Source: Escherichia phage 310Ecol104PP
Direction: 5' to 3' (one strand)
DNA length: 64,000 nucleotides
Sequence record: OR062946.1
Of the stretch, positions 47,749 through 58,904 are shown piece after piece. A program made the position numbers and the translations under genes. The notes beneath the pieces are model-generated. The model was not told the origin of the DNA and ran no database searches. It saw only the letters and a list, made by a program, of their open reading frames with translations. Numbering within the stretch: position 1 is the first letter of the stretch; every line of letters starts with the position of its first letter.

Positions 47749-48209
47749 AGAGAGTCTCTTAATAGATTTAACACATCAATAAATTCAGCTTCGGTTAGTA
47801 TTGTATCATCTTTTGTTAGACCACTAGCCATGCTGTGCTTCAAAACTTTTCCTTTCGAGGCTTGTAATGCATCGCGAAAGCCCTTGTTTTGGAACGCTGC
47901 TTCAAAATATGCATTTGTGTATAATTCTTTCCATGCTTCGGAATATCTTGAAAACGGAGTTCCAAGCCAGAACAACGTGCCACGGTCCTGAGCTCTAGCA
48001 TAAGCTCGTCCAGCTTGTTGGGCGGCAAGCCCGGATAACCCAAATATACGACGCTGTTGTTCAACATTTTTCACCTTGCATCCTTGGAGGAATCCTTCGA
48101 GACCTCCAAATTGAATACCATCCATAACGAAAGGCCATTGGGCGAAATTACTTAATGCGCATGATGGCCATCTAAAATTGCTTCTTATCTCTAGCTCAGA
48201 CATTTTCAA
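47745..48209 (-). CDS. NADAR / YbiA-like (DUF1768) domain protein (T4 30.3-like position)
   Basis: 154 aa; LSNFAQWPF...MDG...LEGFLQGCK matches the FSNFAxWP...DG...SEHYFQAxK pattern of E. coli YbiA from memory. Confidence 0.6.
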   Translation of the reverse strand: MKMSELEIRSNFRWPSCALSNFAQWPFVMDGIQFGGLEGFLQGCKVKNVEQQRRIFGLSGLAAQQAGRAYARAQDRGTLFWLGTPFSRYSEAWKELYTNAYFEAAFQNKGFRDALQASKGKVLKHSMASGLTKDDTILTEAEFIDVLNLLRDSL

Positions 48210-48402
48210 TACTTATAATTTCAACATCAGCCCAATGACCATAGCAAGGAAGACGAAATTCAACTGGCCAGTTAGGGTCCTTTTCTAATATAATAGACTG
48301 AACTTGTGGCTCTTCATATTCATCGGTATACGGACCTTTATACGTTACTTTATATGTGACCTTAATGTACTGAATTCCAAAAATCTTATTAATTATATTC
48401 AT
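48196..48402 (-). CDS. hypothetical protein
   Basis: 68 aa ORF in the operon-like array between gene 30 and rIII. Confidence 0.55.
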   Translation of the reverse strand: MNIINKIFGIQYIKVTYKVTYKGPYTDEYEEPQVQSIILEKDPNWPVEFRLPCYGHWADVEIISIENV

Positions 48403-48596
48403 ACTAATTCCTTTAATCCGTAAATAGGAGATAATTCATCACCCATACGAAGGTCTTCATTTCCATCTACCCAGGAAACAATATAAGCCTCTTTTATTTG
48501 AATACCACTCCATTTAAATGGAGGTAGAACCTTAGAAATTAATCCAGGTATACCAACTCCCTTTAATTCAACAGTTTGACCTAAAAAGAATTTCAT
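48399..48596 (-). CDS. hypothetical protein
   Basis: 65 aa ORF; start/stop overlaps with neighbours. Confidence 0.55.
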   Translation of the reverse strand: MKFFLGQTVELKGVGIPGLISKVLPPFKWSGIQIKEAYIVSWVDGNEDLRMGDELSPIYGLKELV

Positions 48597-48883
48597 TAGA
48601 ACCTCATCTGAAAACCATGCGATTTAACATTACCGCCGCCAATATCAGAAATGTTAATTTCACGCGCAATTGAAGGGTCAATGTCAATTTCACGATTAAG
48701 TTTAGTGATAGCTAAAGTATCGCGGCCATTTACAGTACGGAACTCTAAAGGGCAGACTATATTAACATAGTTTTTAATCGATTCACTAGTAGGCTGCAAA
48801 TGAGCAGGAAGGTCTTTAGGTGCCTTAGAGAAAACCACTTCACAGAAATTTTTGCGGGTATCAAAATAAGTAGTCATAAACAT
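48596..48883 (-). CDS. hypothetical protein
   Basis: 95 aa ORF; GAGGT Shine-Dalgarno; intercistronic hairpin upstream. Confidence 0.6.
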   Translation of the reverse strand: MFMTTYFDTRKNFCEVVFSKAPKDLPAHLQPTSESIKNYVNIVCPLEFRTVNGRDTLAITKLNREIDIDPSIAREINISDIGGGNVKSHGFQMRF

Positions 48884-48900
48884 AGTATTTACCTCAGTAA

Positions 48901-48914
48901 GGGGCCGAAGCCCC
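48901..48914 (-). other. intercistronic hairpin
   Basis: GGGGC-CGAA-GCCCC between an upstream stop and the next gene's Shine-Dalgarno. Confidence 0.5.
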
Positions 48915-48924
48915 TCATTTTATT

Positions 48925-49290
48925 TTAAATATCAAATTCGTTAAGAACTACATCAAAGATTGCTTCAAGATGCTCAGGTTTAGCTCTGTTACTCAGAATA
49001 TGACGAATCCAAGTTTTAACCAGAAGCTTGCGATTAACGCCATTCCAGCAAGGATGAGTCCCTAAATCGCGTTGACGAAAATCATCATCCAATGCGATTT
49101 TAAAAGAAGAACCTTCTTTCGTGATTGAAACCGTGATGCCATTTTCAAATCGCATATAAACGTAGTTAGGAGTCATATACTGTTCAATTTCGCATACTGA
49201 TCCATTTTGATGTTTCCAAAGGCAGATAGTATCAATAGAACCTGCAATACCGTTAGAAACATATTTACGTTCAAAGTTGATGTAATTCAT
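48925..49290 (-). CDS. hypothetical protein
   Basis: 121 aa ORF in the same array. Confidence 0.6.
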   Translation of the reverse strand: MNYINFERKYVSNGIAGSIDTICLWKHQNGSVCEIEQYMTPNYVYMRFENGITVSITKEGSSFKIALDDDFRQRDLGTHPCWNGVNRKLLVKTWIRHILSNRAKPEHLEAIFDVVLNEFDI

Positions 49291-49317
49291 TTTTATTCTC
49301 CGAGATGTTTAATTGCG

Positions 49318-49347
49318 GTACAGGTATATAATATCATATCCTGTACC
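49318..49347. other. perfect 8-bp inverted repeat GGTACAGG / CCTGTACC around a 14-nt A+T loop
   Basis: Read directly; intergenic between two minus-strand ORFs. Confidence 0.6.
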
Positions 49348-49360
49348 AAAGTAAACTATT

Positions 49361-49729
49361 TTATGCAACTTTAATCCAATTATCTAAATTTAATTCACCT
49401 TTGGCTTTCATTTTTTCAATCAAGAGGTCAGCGGTAATACGACCATTTTGATACCACGTAACATCTTCAGAGTAACCAGTTTCTTTATCTTCATAAGTCT
49501 CACAGCGAATTTTACCAAGAATCAAAGTTTTTAATTCGTATGTATCTCCAGTAAAAAAGTTAGTTAACATTATTTTCCAAGAGAAATCATCAGAAGGACC
49601 TTCAGGAGTCATGCAACCTACAAATTCAAATTGTTCTTTGTATAAGTGCCACTGAAGTTCTTTAGTTTCGATAGCTTTATAGCCGTCGTGGTCTTTACCT
49701 TTGATGTATGAGTTAAGATTGATTTTCAT
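49361..49729 (-). CDS. hypothetical protein
   Basis: 122 aa ORF; AAGGAG Shine-Dalgarno; GTTTAC-N18-TAGTAT promoter upstream. Confidence 0.65.
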   Translation of the reverse strand: MKINLNSYIKGKDHDGYKAIETKELQWHLYKEQFEFVGCMTPEGPSDDFSWKIMLTNFFTGDTYELKTLILGKIRCETYEDKETGYSEDVTWYQNGRITADLLIEKMKAKGELNLDNWIKVA

Positions 49730-49756
49730 TTTATTCTCCTTTGTTTGTGTAAGATA

Positions 49757-49786
49757 ATACTATCACAAAGGAGCCATACTGTAAAC
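49757..49786 (-). promoter_or_regulatory. early-type promoter for the 122-aa ORF
   Basis: Minus-strand GTTTAC - 18 nt - TAGTAT. Confidence 0.45.
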
Positions 49787-49800
49787 AACTTTGTGCAATC

Positions 49801-49838
49801 TTTGGAAAATAAAAAAGGACTCCCGAAGGAGTCCTTAA
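49801..49838 (-). terminator. intrinsic terminator after the small basic-protein ORF
   Basis: AAGGACTCC-TTCG-GGAGTCCTT followed by TTTTTTATTTTCC on the minus strand. Confidence 0.8.
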
Positions 49839-49839
49839 C

Positions 49840-50016
49840 TTATGCTTTCTGCTTACCAAAACGAGAAGCATCATCTCGAAGAACCGCACGTGCTCGGCGC
49901 ATGATCTTCTCAACAGTTTGATTGATACGAGAGTTCGACCCACGCTTGTAACCAGCGCGTTTAGAATCACCAACTTTCTTTTCAACTGCTTTCTTTGCTT
50001 TAGCTTGTTTTGCCAT
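49840..50016 (-). CDS. hypothetical small highly basic protein (58 aa from the internal ATG)
   Basis: MAKQAKAKKAVEKKVGDSKRAGYKRG...; strong hairpin plus T-run terminator immediately downstream; track ORF extends to 50058. Confidence 0.45.
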   Translation of the reverse strand: MAKQAKAKKAVEKKVGDSKRAGYKRGSNSRINQTVEKIMRRARAVLRDDASRFGKQKA

Positions 50017-50210
50017 TATAAATTCTCTTTTAAATGAAAATGCAGGACTTATTGGCATTGCCTGCGCAAGCCCTCAAGGGGTACTTAGGTTTTAAATATT
50101 TACCGACAGGATAACCATAAACCTCGTCAACATTCAAGAGGTACACCGTAAAACAAAGTTCGACGGCTCCTCGATTTTAGCTCACACTAAGGCAGTGACT
50201 CTCCAATAAA

Positions 50211-50459
50211 TTACTTCAGTGTTACCACAAAGTGACGAACTGCTTTTCGTGCGGCAGAAGCCAGAGGCTTAGCATACTTAAGTTCATCTTTTTCCTGGAG
50301 CTCAGCGGCTAATGCAGTTTGAGCAGGATTCAGATGTTTGAAATAACGCAGGATTTCAAGAGCTTCGGCTTCAACATCAATAGATGCGCCATAGTTTTCG
50401 TGACCATTATTCCATGCGTTTCGTTGCAGTTCAAGAGCGTATTGTAATTGTTTAATCAT
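50211..50459 (-). CDS. rIII: rIII lysis-inhibition accessory protein
   Basis: 82 aa, T4 rIII length; position next to gene 31. Confidence 0.85.
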   Translation of the reverse strand: MIKQLQYALELQRNAWNNGHENYGASIDVEAEALEILRYFKHLNPAQTALAAELQEKDELKYAKPLASAARKAVRHFVVTLK

Positions 50460-50598
50460 TTAAAAATTCTCGTTAGAGATTAAAACTCGGTAGTCACGTT
50501 CTTCTGAATTTCATCTTCTTTCGACAGATCTCTCAGTTGTAGACTACCACGTAGAATTGTTCGGTTAACTTATTATTCCGACACCCAATTCATATTAT

Positions 50599-50606
50599 TA
50601 TTTATA
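50599..50606 (-). promoter_or_regulatory. late promoter upstream of rIII
   Basis: Minus-strand TATAAATA immediately after the gene 31 stop. Confidence 0.5.
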
Positions 50607-50942
50607 TCACTTATAAAGACACGGAATAGCTTTATAGTGACAAGTAACGAATTTTTGTTTAATTTCTTTTGGCTGCTTAAGACCCAGAGCTACAAAAGGA
50701 TGCGGAACGTTTCGAATTTGACCAACTGGAAGAGAAGTCAAATCACCAACTTCGCAGAAACCTTCAGGAACATCAGGACCAACAGAGTGAACTACACACA
50801 GTTCAGGAACTTCACCTTGGACACGTTTACCGATAATAAGTCCTGATTCTGTAACTTCTTCATCGCCGGCTTGTGCAGGTTCAGAAACTAAAATAACATA
50901 TTCACCGACAGCACGAATTGGTAGCTGTTGTACTTCAGACAT
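50607..50942 (-). CDS. 31: gp31 co-chaperonin (GroES-like) for capsid protein folding
   Basis: 111 aa, T4 gp31 length; MotA-box middle promoter upstream. Confidence 0.9.
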
Positions 50943-50972
50943 CGTTTTTCCTTTTTGTTAACAGATGAATTA

Positions 50973-50997
50973 ATAATAACAAATAATTCTTAAAGCA
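50973..50997 (-). promoter_or_regulatory. MotA-dependent middle promoter for gene 31
   Basis: Minus-strand aaaTGCTTtA, 12-nt spacer, TATTAT, then AAGGAA Shine-Dalgarno. Confidence 0.45.
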
Positions 50998-50998
50998 T

Positions 50999-51307
50999 TT
51001 ATTTACCAATAAATTGAAGCAAATGCTCAACTTTCATACCATTAACGGAAATCAATTTGTCAATAGAAAAACCTCGCCATGCACCTAGTTCAACATCAAA
51101 TACTGGAATCATATCAGTAGATTCTTTCCGAGTAGATTCAGTCAATTTACCGGTTTGCATAGTTGGCATAAAGTCAGCATCACGAGTGCCTTTCATAGTA
51201 CGAATAGTACCATCAGACTTTTCAAAAACCACGTTTGAAATACCCATGGACAATTTAGTTTTCAAAATTTCACGAATTGCTACTTTCTGTTCAGTTGTCA
51301 ATTTCAT
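50999..51307 (-). CDS. hypothetical protein (T4 31.1-like position)
   Basis: 102 aa ORF. Confidence 0.65.
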   Translation of the reverse strand: MKLTTEQKVAIREILKTKLSMGISNVVFEKSDGTIRTMKGTRDADFMPTMQTGKLTESTRKESTDMIPVFDVELGAWRGFSIDKLISVNGMKVEHLLQFIGK

Positions 51308-51544
51308 TTATTTACCTATTACAGTTTTAATATGGGTTGTTCCACGTTCTTTAAGAGTGGAAAGCAATTTTTGGCATTTTTCTAGATCAGATTTCCAACT
51401 ATACGGTTTATCAATACAAACCCATTCTGACTTATAATACTGCTTCCATTTAGAGAAAAAATACTTCTTATACTCTACAGCAAATGAAATGTTCTCGTTA
51501 GAATAAGAACTAATTGCTGTGAGCTGTACCAAACGAAATTTCAT
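51308..51544 (-). CDS. hypothetical protein (T4 31.2-like position)
   Basis: 78 aa ORF; Lys/Tyr/Trp-rich. Confidence 0.6.
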   Translation of the reverse strand: MKFRLVQLTAISSYSNENISFAVEYKKYFFSKWKQYYKSEWVCIDKPYSWKSDLEKCQKLLSTLKERGTTHIKTVIGK

Positions 51545-52125
51545 TATTCACCACAGAATTCGTTGATATTTTCCCAATTTAACTTATTCAAGTTTTTCTT
51601 AGGAACATTAAACACTTCAATACCTGCATTTCGCAGAATATCATCCCAGCCAGGTTTATTCTTATCGTATGTTTCGCAATAAACCAGCTTTTTAATTCCA
51701 GATTGAGCTATCGCTTTTGCACAATCTGGGCAAGGAGAAAGTGTTACATACATAGTAGCACCTTCAATTGAAGAACCGTTTCGTGCAGCAAACAAAATCG
51801 CATTTAGTTCAGCATGAATTTCATTTTTAGACGACCATTCAGAGTGAGCGCTACGGTGTTCTTTCGCCAAGACAAAGCGATCAGTTGAACCAAACGATAC
51901 ACATTCAGGCTTATGACCTTGAATGATAGTATGTTTAGGCTTATTCAGCAACCAGCCTTGTTCAGCAGCATAATCACAGCAATTCACACCGCCTGCAGGC
52001 GAACCATTATATCCGGTAGAAATAATACGTCCATTCTTTTCAATTACTGCTCCTACCTTCCAGGAGCAACATTTGGATTCTTGTGATACTAAATATGCAA
52101 TTTGAAGTACTGTACTCGCTTTCAT
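51544..52125 (-). CDS. cd: dCMP deaminase
   Basis: 193 aa; zinc-binding deaminase motifs HAELNAI and SPCPDCAKAI. Confidence 0.95.
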   Translation of the reverse strand: MKASTVLQIAYLVSQESKCCSWKVGAVIEKNGRIISTGYNGSPAGGVNCCDYAAEQGWLLNKPKHTIIQGHKPECVSFGSTDRFVLAKEHRSAHSEWSSKNEIHAELNAILFAARNGSSIEGATMYVTLSPCPDCAKAIAQSGIKKLVYCETYDKNKPGWDDILRNAGIEVFNVPKKNLNKLNWENINEFCGE

Positions 52126-52460
52126 TTCATAATCACCAGATAAGCAGATTTAGCAGTTTCAACACGATAAATTTCGTGACGAAGTTTAGTTATACTTTTA
52201 ATAACAGAACTAATTATATTCTGCCCATCTTTAAAGCGGTTTTTCTTATCAATAAAAATTGCGCCAGTCATCTTTTTGTGAAGCTCAACTGGATACTTCG
52301 TCACAATAATAGCATCATACACAGAAGGATGAATACTATTCACTAGAGTATCATTCATTAAAGTTATTCTAATGAACTGTGCTGTTTCAGAATCAAGCGC
52401 TCTATGATCGCCAGTATCATTTTCAAGACAATTATCAATTATATCAGTTAAATTCATCAT
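52122..52460 (-). CDS. hypothetical protein (cd.1-like)
   Basis: 112 aa ORF, start overlaps downstream gene. Confidence 0.6.
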   Translation of the reverse strand: MMNLTDIIDNCLENDTGDHRALDSETAQFIRITLMNDTLVNSIHPSVYDAIIVTKYPVELHKKMTGAIFIDKKNRFKDGQNIISSVIKSITKLRHEIYRVETAKSAYLVIMK

Positions 52461-52693
52461 AGTACGCCATACACCCTTTGTGCTTCAACTAATCCATCAA
52501 AATCCAGTTTGAGATGTGTTATTTGGTCACCATCACTTGGATTCACAATTACTAATACTGAACGAGGAGTTTCGGTAATAACACGAACCGATGTTTCAGG
52601 AAATCGTTCAGAAACTTTATTTACCAATTCCTGAGCAAATAGTTTAACTTTTTCTTGGAATTCTTTAACAGTAATTGGTTTTTCACTTAGCAT
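52457..52693 (-). CDS. hypothetical protein
   Basis: 78 aa ORF. Confidence 0.55.
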   Translation of the reverse strand: MLSEKPITVKEFQEKVKLFAQELVNKVSERFPETSVRVITETPRSVLVIVNPSDGDQITHLKLDFDGLVEAQRVYGVL

Positions 52694-52755
52694 TTCAATT
52701 TCCTCATTTATTTTGGTAGAGCTATAATATCACAACTCTACCGTAAAGTAAACTG

Positions 52756-53031
52756 TTAAATTGCCTTGAATTCTGATGTCTGTGATTCAAAGCGAATATC
52801 GCCTTTGATGACTAGCTCAGCATCAAGACCGAATACGACAATAATATGAGCAGAACCTGGATACAGCGTAATGGCAATAGAATCAACCTGGTCTGGAAGC
52901 AAAGTATTCAATACATGAGTCACTTGAGCATGAATTCGAAGCTCAGCTGCATTATCAAACTTTTCAAACATATTATTAGCGATAATTTGGCTAAACACTA
53001 CTTCTACGATTTTAGAATAAGTCGGAAACAT
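52756..53031 (-). CDS. hypothetical protein
   Basis: 91 aa ORF. Confidence 0.55.
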   Translation of the reverse strand: MFPTYSKIVEVVFSQIIANNMFEKFDNAAELRIHAQVTHVLNTLLPDQVDSIAITLYPGSAHIIVVFGLDAELVIKGDIRFESQTSEFKAI

Positions 53032-53033
53032 AT

Positions 53034-53234
53034 TTACCTCACATAATTTTCTTCAAGCCAATCAATAACATCCAACGCACTATCAAAAATTGAACCATCT
53101 ACTTTGTCTTCTGTTTCATAATCAAGAACATCTAAGCCTACTCTTCCGTCAACAATAGGCCATAGACAAAATAGATATTTCTTTTCTTTTTCAATTTTAT
53201 CACAAAGTCGATAAATCTTTTCTATGTTATTCAT
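53034..53234 (-). CDS. hypothetical protein
   Basis: 66 aa ORF. Confidence 0.5.
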   Translation of the reverse strand: MNNIEKIYRLCDKIEKEKKYLFCLWPIVDGRVGLDVLDYETEDKVDGSIFDSALDVIDWLEENYVR

Positions 53235-53423
53235 AAGTTTTCCATGGTAAAGGCAGTTTAGTTTTCTTTACTGTTAGTTCAACATTAGGATTCTTTTCTC
53301 TTAATTTAAGACATTCCTCCCAAGCTCTGTATTCACTAGTGAATACACAAAATTGCCCATTACTAGTACCAACTAAACCGCTATTTACAATAACAATAGA
53401 CCAAGTTTCATGATGCCAAGCCA

Positions 53424-53424
<1 letters not shown>
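53227..53424 (-). CDS. hypothetical protein
   Basis: 65 aa ORF. Confidence 0.5.
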
Positions 53425-54645
<1,221 letters not shown>

Positions 54646-54649
<4 letters not shown>

Positions 54650-54876
54650 TTATTTTTCTCAACCAGTGATTGAATATAATCATGCAGGTCTTTAGATGCT
54701 TTGCCCCACTTATTTTGATATTCATTTTTGAGATTAGCACGTGATTGAGCTAATAAAACATCATTAGTTGGAGGTAAAGATTCTAACCGCTGAATCTGGC
54801 GTCCATAAATCATTGCAGCCATCTCGGATTCATAAATCAATCCTTTGAGATGTTCAAATTGATGCCATGAAATCAT
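54646..54876 (-). CDS. hypothetical protein
   Basis: 76 aa ORF. Confidence 0.55.
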
Positions 54877-55172
54877 TTACATTTATCCTCTTTTAGCTCT
54901 TGACGATAATAACATATCATAGTTTTCTGATCATGCACATATCGTTTTACATCATTAAGCCAAATACGAAATTCCTGGGAATCTTCAAATGGCATACCGA
55001 CCCAAGCTTTACCATCAATAACTTTAACTTGCCAAGATAGTTTAGCTTCGTCATATGACTTTATTTGCACAGGCCAATTAGGATGAACTGTTTCTTTCTT
55101 TACTTCTAGAGGCTTTGTCGAACAACCAACTAGAAGACCAATAGATAATATTACTGCTGATAGTTTAATCAT
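54873..55172 (-). CDS. outer-membrane spanin (o-spanin) lipoprotein
   Basis: 99 aa; signal peptide ending in lipobox LLVGC; immediately downstream of the i-spanin. Confidence 0.75.
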   Translation of the reverse strand: MIKLSAVILSIGLLVGCSTKPLEVKKETVHPNWPVQIKSYDEAKLSWQVKVIDGKAWVGMPFEDSQEFRIWLNDVKRYVHDQKTMICYYRQELKEDKCK

Positions 55173-55522
55173 TTAGAAAGGTCCTGGATGTCTTCTGCGA
55201 ACTTGTTGAAGGAGTTGTTGATTTGTTTTTCAACCAATCCTGGCTTATGAGCCACCACATCCGCCTTCTTTGCATCTTTGCGCAGTTTTTCATTTTCACG
55301 CTCAATAGCAGCAATTGCCTCACGATTTTTATTATTCATCGCATCAATATAATTATACTGAATTCGCAAATTATTTAATGCTAAGGCGTTTTCATTGGCC
55401 GTTTTTGTAATTTCTACAACAGACGTTTCTAATCTTTCAATTTTACTTTTTAAAATTAAAGAAGTTCCGCCCAATGCAATTACAATTAATAACAAGCCTG
55501 CTGTCGTATTACTTAATTGCAT
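55169..55522 (-). CDS. inner-membrane spanin (i-spanin), Rz-like
   Basis: 117 aa; N-terminal hydrophobic segment AGLLLIVIALGGTSLIL then charged helical region. Confidence 0.75.
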   Translation of the reverse strand: MQLSNTTAGLLLIVIALGGTSLILKSKIERLETSVVEITKTANENALALNNLRIQYNYIDAMNNKNREAIAAIERENEKLRKDAKKADVVAHKPGLVEKQINNSFNKFAEDIQDLSK

Positions 55523-56007
55523 AAAGTTTTAATAACCTCTATAATATCGTCTTGAGAAAGACCGTTAATTAAAATATGATGTTCAGCCGAAGATTTAGAA
55601 ATTTTAAAGCATGCCTCAACATCTTCTGCCATATCTGATGCGCTACGATTTGGATTACTAATTCCAAGACGATGTTTTCCCGTCAAAGGATTAACGATGA
55701 TGTAGCATTTACAGTTGTTAATATGAACATTAGGTTGAGTCTGATTAATGAACACATCACAATCATATTTCGCAAGCTGATTTTCTAAAAAGACTTTCAT
55801 CTCCTCAACTGCATCAGGAAGCATATCACGGGCTTGCTCAAGACGACGATTTCGATATTCTTTAATGGTCGTTTTCTTAGCTAAATCTTTCTTAAGATCG
55901 GTGATATATCCAACTCGACGATTTCCTTTAAATACAGAAATCCCATCTGTAGTATCACCGTATGCTTCAACGACCATCTCAGTAGTAATAAGCTGCAAAT
56001 CCATCAT
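55513..56007 (-). CDS. alc: Alc (host transcription termination / unfolding protein)
   Basis: 164 aa; position between pseT region and rnlA; early promoter cassette upstream. Confidence 0.65.
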   Translation of the reverse strand: MMDLQLITTEMVVEAYGDTTDGISVFKGNRRVGYITDLKKDLAKKTTIKEYRNRRLEQARDMLPDAVEEMKVFLENQLAKYDCDVFINQTQPNVHINNCKCYIIVNPLTGKHRLGISNPNRSASDMAEDVEACFKISKSSAEHHILINGLSQDDIIEVIKTLCN

Positions 56008-56009
56008 AA

Positions 56010-56065
56010 AGTCCTCATGTTATGTCAGTAAGACTACTGTAACACATCACGAGGGACTTGTAAAC
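56010..56065 (-). promoter_or_regulatory. early promoter/leader cassette, copy B, upstream of alc
   Basis: Minus-strand GTTTAC - 18 nt - TACAGT and GAGGA leader; near-identical to copy A. Confidence 0.5.
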
Positions 56066-56068
56066 AGC

Positions 56069-57655
<1,587 letters not shown>

Positions 57656-57656
<1 letters not shown>

Positions 57657-57686
57657 AATAAAATGGGCCTTGCGGCCCACTCCTTA
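57656..57686 (-). promoter_or_regulatory. denA translation initiation region: Shine-Dalgarno, hairpin, then AUG
   Basis: AAGGAG (overlapping the nrdB stop), hairpin GGGCC-GCAA-GGCCC, then TTTTATT-ATG. Confidence 0.5.
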
Positions 57687-58853
57687 AAAATATTTTTTAA
57701 AACTCATCATAACTTTATCATCAACGTCATTATCAATCTGTGCTACAAGATAAGATGACAGTTCTACTTCTTGCGGTGCAGATTGAACATTATCAGAATT
57801 AAGATATTCACGAATCCAAGGATACGGATGTTTAACCGGAGCATCAGTAATTGGGCATGGAAGACCACACTGTTTCATACGAGATACAGTTAAGTAATCA
57901 ATAAAGCTCCACATGCTATTTGTATTTAATCCAGGAACATCGCCATCTTTAAATAAATGAACTGCCCAGTCTTTTTCTTGACGGTTAACTTCCATGAAAA
58001 TATCAACTGCTTCTTGTTCACACTCTTGAGCAATTTTAACCCATTCATCACCATCAGTGCCAAGTTGAAGTTGACGAATAATATATTGGGTGCCTTTAAG
58101 GTGAAGCTGCTCATCACGTGCAATGAACTTCATAATCTTGGCATTACCTTCCATGATTTCCATGTTCTTATGGAAGTTAAAGGTACATGCGAAAGATACA
58201 TAAAAACGAATAGCTTCCAATGCGTTGATTACGTGCAGGCAGAGGTAAAGAGATTTCATTAGTGCTCGTTTAGTACATTCAACAACTTTGCCTAGCTCTT
58301 CTTTACGAAATCCTTCTGATAAAATTCCTTCATAATCTTCAACCGCATTCTGATATTCACGAGTCTTAACTAGAACGTCATCATAATAACGACCAATAGA
58401 TTCAGCACGTTTCATGATAGCTTTATCTAATACAATCTCATCAAATACCTTTGATGGATCAGTATAAAGATTTCGCATGATATGAGTATATGAACGACTG
58501 TGAATAGTTTCGCTAAAAGTCCATGTAGCAACCCATGTATCAAGGCTTGGATCTGAAATTAATGACATAAGTACAGCAGACGGTGCACGACCCTGAATGC
58601 TATCTAGAAGTGATTGATACTTCAGGTTATTAGTAAAAATATCTTGCTGATACTGAGGAAGCTTGTTAAATTGTGCAGCATCCATCATCAAGTTTACTTC
58701 TTCAGGACGCCAGAAAAATGATAATTGCTTTTCGGTTAAATCTTCAAAAACTTTATGGCGTTGAATATCATAACGCGCAATACCAAGACCTGAACCGAAG
58801 AACATAGGTTCTTTTAAAACATCAACTGGATTTGTATTAAAAACTGTGCTCAT
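57684..58853 (-). CDS. nrdB: ribonucleotide reductase small subunit, uninterrupted
   Basis: 389 aa continuous ORF; diiron motifs FSETIHSRSY and RDEQLHLKG. Confidence 0.95.
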   Translation of the reverse strand: MSTVFNTNPVDVLKEPMFFGSGLGIARYDIQRHKVFEDLTEKQLSFFWRPEEVNLMMDAAQFNKLPQYQQDIFTNNLKYQSLLDSIQGRAPSAVLMSLISDPSLDTWVATWTFSETIHSRSYTHIMRNLYTDPSKVFDEIVLDKAIMKRAESIGRYYDDVLVKTREYQNAVEDYEGILSEGFRKEELGKVVECTKRALMKSLYLCLHVINALEAIRFYVSFACTFNFHKNMEIMEGNAKIMKFIARDEQLHLKGTQYIIRQLQLGTDGDEWVKIAQECEQEAVDIFMEVNRQEKDWAVHLFKDGDVPGLNTNSMWSFIDYLTVSRMKQCGLPCPITDAPVKHPYPWIREYLNSDNVQSAPQEVELSSYLVAQIDNDVDDKVMMSFKKYF

Positions 58854-58880
58854 AAATTTTCCGCTTAGTTAATAGATAGT

Positions 58881-58898
58881 GACTCGTCCGTGAGTCAA
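58881..58898 (-). other. hairpin in the short nrdA-nrdB intergenic region
   Basis: TGACTC-GTCCGT-GAGTCA inverted repeat. Confidence 0.45.
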
Positions 58899-58904
58899 AT
58901 TATA

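Noticed and set aside
49731-49985. 84-aa minus-strand ORF overlapping the small basic-protein ORF
   Set aside because: It reads through the strong terminator hairpin at about 49815-49836; the alternative frame ending before the terminator is more plausible
50059-50210. Possible tRNA or small RNA gene suggested by a GTTCGA-like motif
   Set aside because: No acceptor or anticodon stems could be built by hand; kept only as a low-interest non-coding interval
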